The notes beneath the pieces are model-generated. The model was given only the letters and a program-made list of their open reading frames with translations, did no database searches and was not told the DNA's origin. Positions 58,722 to 64,000 of a stretch of DNA of 64,000 nt are shown piece by piece (the stretch's first letter is position 1; the number at the start of each line of letters is the position of its first letter). The stretch comes from a virus (Duplodnaviria > Caudoviricetes). A program made the translations under genes and the position numbers. Location of the stretch: positions 1 through 64,000 of IMG/VR virus record IMGVR_UViG_2630968332_000001; one strand, given 5' to 3'.

Positions 58722-58979
58722 TTATTCATCTTTGAAAGTGTAATACAATTCGAGTAAGACTATACCAAATGCTATTACTCCCAATACTCCTAAAAGCACC
58801 ATACCAATACGGAGTAACAACAATGACATCGCTATGGCATAATCATTTTCTGATGTGGTTAATACCACAGCTGCTACCAACATAAGTAACTGTATTATTG
58901 CACCTGGTATTCCTATGAATACTGCTATGGGGTCTTTATTAACCATCTTTCTTATGGTAGCTTTGACCTTATTCATCAT
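58722..58979 (-). CDS. Small membrane protein
   Basis: Two TM helices; resembles 58969. Confidence 0.7.
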   Translation of the reverse strand: MMNKVKATIRKMVNKDPIAVFIGIPGAIIQLLMLVAAVVLTTSENDYAIAMSLLLLRIGMVLLGVLGVIAFGIVLLELYYTFKDE

Positions 58980-59250
58980 TATCTTCGTCTGGGTATCTGC
59001 CTTTATTGTGTATTCTTGAGTAGGTTGTATAGATTAACGATAGTATTACACCAAATGCAAATATAACTACAAAAGCAAAACCAATAAAACCAATGTTTAA
59101 AATCAACTTAGCGAAACCCATATTGATTGCTGTAGCAATAAGCGAAATAATATAAATGGGAACTAATATGAAAACGATAAATACCGCTAAGCACACCGTT
59201 ATACGTTCAAGACTAAATACTTCACGAATGAAACTCTTTATCTTATTCAT
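58969..59250 (-). CDS. Small membrane protein
   Basis: Two TM helices. Confidence 0.7.
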   Translation of the reverse strand: MNKIKSFIREVFSLERITVCLAVFIVFILVPIYIISLIATAINMGFAKLILNIGFIGFAFVVIFAFGVILSLIYTTYSRIHNKGRYPDEDNDE

Positions 59251-59621
59251 TTAATCAACCTCTCAATTCCATATCCCGATACCTTACCTGTTGTTCTGAT
59301 ATTTCTTAACCAGTTTGTAGCAGCGAATAATATATCAATCTCACTAACCTTTTCTTGCGTTAATATACAATGTAGATGGCTTGCATAACCTATTCCAGCG
59401 TTTTCAAATAGTAGTCTTAGTAATAACCTATCTTTCCTAACTTCTAATATGTCGTATGCGTAACCATAATCAATATTAACTCTAGGTTTTGGACTAACAT
59501 AAATATCTGTCTTACTTTCAAGTTTGTGTATTGTGCCAACATACAACCATCTGTCGTCTTGATAAGTTATATTTTTCTTTTCATTTATTTCGACTTTTCT
59601 AATCTTTACACCGAAACTCAT
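59247..59621 (-). CDS. Hypothetical protein
   Basis: GAGG RBS; N-terminus resembles 57759. Confidence 0.65.
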   Translation of the reverse strand: MSFGVKIRKVEINEKKNITYQDDRWLYVGTIHKLESKTDIYVSPKPRVNIDYGYAYDILEVRKDRLLLRLLFENAGIGYASHLHCILTQEKVSEIDILFAATNWLRNIRTTGKVSGYGIERLIK

Positions 59622-59630
59622 TTAGTCACC

Positions 59631-59891
59631 TCAGTCAAATATATCAAATAACTTAGCTGTGATTGTTCCAATTAAGGCAGATATAATAATAACAATACTG
59701 CATACCAACAGTGTTAATAGCACTTCGACAATCCCAACCTGTATTGCAACGCATACAAGGAGATAAATCGTGACGAACAAACAGATAACCATTAGTCCTA
59801 TCAGCGTATTCAAAACAATGTCCAACAAATTACCCTTCTTTCCAATCCCATCATACTGGTAACAACACTTGTTTCTTATTAATTTCTTCAA
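59631..59891 (-). CDS. Small membrane protein
   Basis: Two TM helices. Confidence 0.6.
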   Translation of the reverse strand: MKKLIRNKCCYQYDGIGKKGNLLDIVLNTLIGLMVICLFVTIYLLVCVAIQVGIVEVLLTLLVCSIVIIISALIGTITAKLFDIFD

Positions 59892-60390
59892 ATACTACCT
59901 GTCTAGGTAGAATGTCATGTGTGATATATACACTAGAAAACGGTGGGTTTAAAGCAGTCTTCCCACTCGTAAAGTCTTTCATAAATGAAACTCTACGGTT
60001 AAGATACATAATTTCCCAGTCGTTATCTCTAAACATTTCAAAGCGTCTTTGGCTTTCAAATAGTCCCACTACACCTATTAGCATTGCAAATGGTTTACCT
60101 AATTCAAATAATCGTTCTAATACTTCTGTTTTTAGCGAATATGGTGGGTTACTTACGATGTAATCATAGCTATCTCTATTAGGCTCATATTCAAAGAAGT
60201 CATACCCATCTTCGATATGAGTTGCTATCACATCGTACCCCCCCATCTGTAATGATTTAACAAATTGGCTATCTTGTGTATCAAAAGGACACCAAATTGT
60301 TGCACCCTTTTTCAAATATTTTAATATTGGTTTAACAGCATAATATGGAGTATAGAACTCATCATTCTTGCTGCCAGCTACTTTATCCAT
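59851..60390 (-). CDS. Phage adenine DNA methyltransferase
   Basis: DEFYTP, IWCPFD, SNPPYS. Confidence 0.85.
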   Translation of the reverse strand: MDKVAGSKNDEFYTPYYAVKPILKYLKKGATIWCPFDTQDSQFVKSLQMGGYDVIATHIEDGYDFFEYEPNRDSYDYIVSNPPYSLKTEVLERLFELGKPFAMLIGVVGLFESQRRFEMFRDNDWEIMYLNRRVSFMKDFTSGKTALNPPFSSVYITHDILPRQVVFEEINKKQVLLPV

Positions 60391-60408
60391 TTTCAGCTTA
60401 CGAACTCT

Positions 60409-61966
60409 CTGCTATATAAAATGTGGAATAATGTAGAACAATATTTATTAGTTCTACATTATTAGAAAGAAATATAGTTTTTCCTTTCCTAGATTTTATT
60501 TACTACCGTCAACAACAGTATTCCCATATCCTAATAAAAGGGTAATGACATTGACTGTCTCTGATAACCTAAGGGTGTAGCCCACCCCGTTGTATTTTTA
60601 TGCTACTAAATTCAATAAATTCATAACCGCATTTTCATCTCTATCCATAATCGAACCACATTCATAACAAATATATTCGTTATGTTTTGTTCCATGCTTA
60701 CGATTACCATTAAGACCAACTTTATCTTCGCCAGTCTTGATATATCCACATTCAGAACATCTTTGTGTGCTTGGATAATATTGGTCTGCTAAGACTATTT
60801 CCTTGCCATACCAGCCAGCTTTATAAACCAATACTTGTCTAAAAGTTCCAAATAATGACCTTTGTAAACCTTTAGAAGCAACGTGTGTCATCTGCATTTT
60901 CTTCACATCTAAATCTTCGATTACGATTTTGTCGTAATCACTTACTAATTTAGTTGTAAATTTATGAATAATATCATGTTGGATATTAGCCACTTTACGA
61001 TAATCACGTTGCAACTTGGCTCTCGTTTTAACGTAATTATTCGACTTAGTTGCTTTCTTTCCATTAACAACACGTTTTCTAGCTAACTGACGTTGGTAAT
61101 GTTTGATACGTTTATAGAGTTTCTTTAGATGATTAGGCAATGTATTAACTTTACCTTCGGTATAGTTAAAATGACCGACATTAATATCTACAGCTGTTTT
61201 CTTACCAGTTTTAGTTTTCTTGGTTATTTCAACTTCAAAAGGTAAACTAGCCCAATATTTACCGTTTTCACGATAAATTGATACAACTTTTAAATCACCA
61301 TCTAAACTCTTAGCGCCTTTAAAACTAATACCATACCAAGTTTTAACCCCACGAGGTTTATCAAGTCTTAACTTGCCATTAATAATCTTGGCTCTGTCAG
61401 TTTTAAAACCTTGTCTAGTAGCTTTCTTAGATTTAAATTTAGGTTTACCCCAGTCTGGCATAGCTTTATTAAAAAAGTTGCTCCATGCTTTACCTAAATC
61501 AGAAATCGCTAACTGTAAGCAACGAGGTGATAATTGATACTGCCAATCCTCTTTATTAGCTACTAACTCATCACGCACCTTGCGTTCGCTAGGTTTTAAC
61601 TTTTTATCATCTAAAATCAACGAACTATCATACATATCATTCCATAAAGCTAAGCCTTGATTCCAACAATATCTACGATAATCACATAAATCATCAAGAA
61701 CTTTCTTCATGGTTTTATTTGGATAAAGTCTTACCTTTTGCGTTCTAATCATATATATCACCACCTTGCTTCACAAAATTGATATAATAAATTTATCTTC
61801 TATATTATACTAACTTTAGAGAAGTAAGTCAAGATATATTCATGAAAAAATGAAGATGTTTTATGTTTTTGAATTCATTGTTTTTAAGCCTATTTCACAT
61901 TTTTACTCTTTCTAGTAGGCTCGTTGTTCTATATAGTTCTACATAATTCTATATTTTTGTTAACAG
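60409..61966 (-). mobile_element. Non-autonomous tnpB-only element with imperfect inverted ends
   Basis: 31-nt ends ctgctatataaaatgtggaataatgtagaac vs ctgttaacaaaaatatagaattatgtagaac (24/31 by hand count). Confidence 0.75.
60598..61752 (-). CDS. tnpB: TnpB RNA-guided nuclease
   Basis: AVDIN, VIEDL, CSECG...CYECG, DRDENA. Confidence 0.93.
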   Translation of the reverse strand: MIRTQKVRLYPNKTMKKVLDDLCDYRRYCWNQGLALWNDMYDSSLILDDKKLKPSERKVRDELVANKEDWQYQLSPRCLQLAISDLGKAWSNFFNKAMPDWGKPKFKSKKATRQGFKTDRAKIINGKLRLDKPRGVKTWYGISFKGAKSLDGDLKVVSIYRENGKYWASLPFEVEITKKTKTGKKTAVDINVGHFNYTEGKVNTLPNHLKKLYKRIKHYQRQLARKRVVNGKKATKSNNYVKTRAKLQRDYRKVANIQHDIIHKFTTKLVSDYDKIVIEDLDVKKMQMTHVASKGLQRSLFGTFRQVLVYKAGWYGKEIVLADQYYPSTQRCSECGYIKTGEDKVGLNGNRKHGTKHNEYICYECGSIMDRDENAVMNLLNLVA

Positions 61967-61985
61967 TTACCGTCCTCCTTATTGT

Positions 61986-62563
61986 TTAATATATCCAGTC
62001 AATCGTAGGTTTACCTTTATATCCTTTTTCCCATACAAACCAAGCATGACACATAGCTGTTGACTTGTATTTATCAAACTCACCATTCTTAGCTGTGCTG
62101 ATACGTTTTGAATAAACAAATACATGTTTTAATTCATTGTGTTTGTATAATTCTTCGTATCTCTTAGCACCTTCTAAGAATTGGATTTTAAGGAAATAGC
62201 AAACTTTATTCCCTACTGTTACTGTATCTAATGCCTTAGTAACAAATTCTGTGGCTAACTTATATGGAGGGTTAGTAACAATATCACAATTAACTGGTTG
62301 TATTTCTTCTTCTAAAAAATCAAATACTTTATCGAACTTCTTAGCTCCTCTATCTTTAATGTCGGTAGCGGTTACGTTATAGCCAAGCTCAATTAACTTG
62401 TCTGACAACGCACCCCCCCGCAAGCACATTCCCAAACATTTTTATTTAACGAAATCTTGGATAGTAAATCATCTATTGCTCTAGGCGGTGTTGCATAGTA
62501 ATCATCTTCTTGGCGATTAGGGTTATGATTACCTCCAATGCCTCTTACATAAGCGATACCCAT
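61986..62563 (-). pseudogene. DNA methyltransferase frameshifted in a G7 tract
   Basis: ATG 62563 gives DYYATP...WECACG; TNPPY is in another frame; G8 restores a 192-aa ORF. Confidence 0.8.
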
Positions 62564-63273
62564 TATTTCGCCACCGCCTTTTCAATTCTATCTTTGGCAA
62601 TGTTATAGTACTCACTACTCAATTCTATTCCTATAAAATTACGGTTAGTGTTTGCACAAGCAACACCTGTGCTACCAGAACCCATACAGTTATCTAAAAC
62701 TGTATCGCCTTCGTTAGTATAGGTTTTGATAAGGTATTCTAATAATGCAACTGGTTTTTGTGTTGGGTGGAGTTTCTTACCATCATGTTTAAATTCGATA
62801 ATATCCACTGGGTAGCGTCTACCATCTTTACTTTCGCTAGGAGTATAAGGTCTTTGCTTATCGTAATTACTAGATTTACTACGTCCTTGCTTTACTTTAT
62901 ATGGAGTGCTATACCACCATTGTGGGTTGTAAGTAGGTAATTTCTTGTAAAACACTAAGATATTCTCATGCTTTTTAAGTGGCATTTTCTTAGCATTCAA
63001 ATGACCTGTTGCCAAACCCTTTGTCCAAATCCGTTCATATCTGAACATCTTTGGATTACTTTCAATCAACTTTGAACTGAATGGTTGTTGTGAGAATAAT
63101 ACGATTGCACCATTATCCTTGATGATACGGTTGTAATGTTCCCACAACTTGTCCAAATCAATTATCTTATCCCATTTATTTCTTGTAGTGCCATAAGGTA
63201 GGTCGCACAAGATAAGGTCAATCGACATATCTTGTACCCCCCCCAGAAGCTCTAGGCAGTCACCTTTCTTCAA
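62563..63273 (-). CDS. N4/N6 DNA methyltransferase (beta class)
   Basis: CDLPYG, HPTQKP, DNCMGSGST. Confidence 0.92.
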   Translation of the reverse strand: MKKGDCLELLGGVQDMSIDLILCDLPYGTTRNKWDKIIDLDKLWEHYNRIIKDNGAIVLFSQQPFSSKLIESNPKMFRYERIWTKGLATGHLNAKKMPLKKHENILVFYKKLPTYNPQWWYSTPYKVKQGRSKSSNYDKQRPYTPSESKDGRRYPVDIIEFKHDGKKLHPTQKPVALLEYLIKTYTNEGDTVLDNCMGSGSTGVACANTNRNFIGIELSSEYYNIAKDRIEKAVAK

Positions 63274-63308
63274 ATCAATGCTTACTATCTTCCCTAAATC
63301 CCACCTTA

Positions 63309-63665
63309 TTATTTATTTGTACTATTTTTGGTTACACTGCTATTGTCAAAGAACTTAGCTTTAATCAAGAACATGTAATAATATATCCTACTTGTTAATC
63401 TGCCCCAAAATGTTCTATTCTTACGTCTGAAATACAAACATTGGAATACAATCTCATCTAGGTCATGGTTCTTTAACAATACGTTCATACCATTAATAGC
63501 TTGCTGATTTGTTTTAATGTTTAAATCTTCTTGTTTAGCCAGTGTAGTTAGGCTATAAGCAACTTCGCCTTCTGGCTGTTCTTTTAACCAATCCATTAGT
63601 TTATAGATTGACTTATTATCTTCTGGTGTAATATCTTCATAGTCACCATGAAAGAATGCACGCAA
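63309..63665 (-). CDS. Hypothetical protein
   Basis: Co-oriented ORF. Confidence 0.65.
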   Translation of the reverse strand: MRAFFHGDYEDITPEDNKSIYKLMDWLKEQPEGEVAYSLTTLAKQEDLNIKTNQQAINGMNVLLKNHDLDEIVFQCLYFRRKNRTFWGRLTSRIYYYMFLIKAKFFDNSSVTKNSTNK

Positions 63666-63669
63666 TTAA

Positions 63670-63969
63670 TCACCCCACATACACAATCATCACACCGTCT
63701 TCTGTGGTACTTATTTTAAATAGCCTTTCGTACTCTTCGATATACTTATAGACATAGTTCTTTTTAACCTGTGACTCGTTTGAATGATAATTCAAAATTT
63801 TCGTTTTAACACCTTTGCCAGTAAAGAAGTCTTCATAACCAAAAAGAGTGTATGGAATAATAGCTTTGGCTCTACCGTTTTTATCTATGTTGCGTAGTAT
63901 TTCACGTTCTATTTCATAAAAAATGTGTAAGTATTCCACACTGTACTCATCTTCAGACAATCTAAACAT
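63670..63969 (-). CDS. Hypothetical protein
   Basis: Co-oriented ORF. Confidence 0.6.
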   Translation of the reverse strand: MFRLSEDEYSVEYLHIFYEIEREILRNIDKNGRAKAIIPYTLFGYEDFFTGKGVKTKILNYHSNESQVKKNYVYKYIEEYERLFKISTTEDGVMIVYVG

Positions 63970-64000
63970 TTTACTTGCAGTAGTCCCAAAGCCATCAGCA

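Noticed and set aside
60409-61966. IStron (group I intron plus IS)
   Set aside because: Only ~200 nt upstream of tnpB and no recognisable group I core
1660-62940. Numerous antisense or overlapping shadow ORFs in the track
   Set aside because: They lie opposite well-supported genes and lack RBSs or motifs

Overview
AT-rich window from a large SPbeta-like temperate phage or phage-plasmid of a lactobacillus-type Firmicute (host and family are inferred from gene content, not from a search). Left to right: parA with four paralogous small partner genes; a ~2.3 kb gene-free region with a perfect chromosomal-type parS; an Xre repressor divergent from four tandem promoter-operator units; an early region of small acidic ORFs punctuated by tRNA-like mini-elements; antirepressor, orphan HigB and an IS607; two tyrosine-recombinase-fold genes; a replication module (AAA ATPase, DnaB, RecD2); nucleoside salvage genes; a ~4.3 kb RNA-rich locus; and a minus-strand block with five DNA methyltransferases and a third tnpB. 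The main candidate for a new system is at 43396-45155. A transposase-free tnpB with intact RuvC residues is followed by an omegaRNA-like scaffold whose 5' hairpin loop is complementary to the 3' end of the repeats of an adjacent 3-spacer CRISPR array, and one spacer resembles the element's own promoter-leader motif. It sits within an array of tRNA-like elements interleaved with putative anti-Shine-Dalgarno small RNAs. All product calls come from motif recognition by eye.
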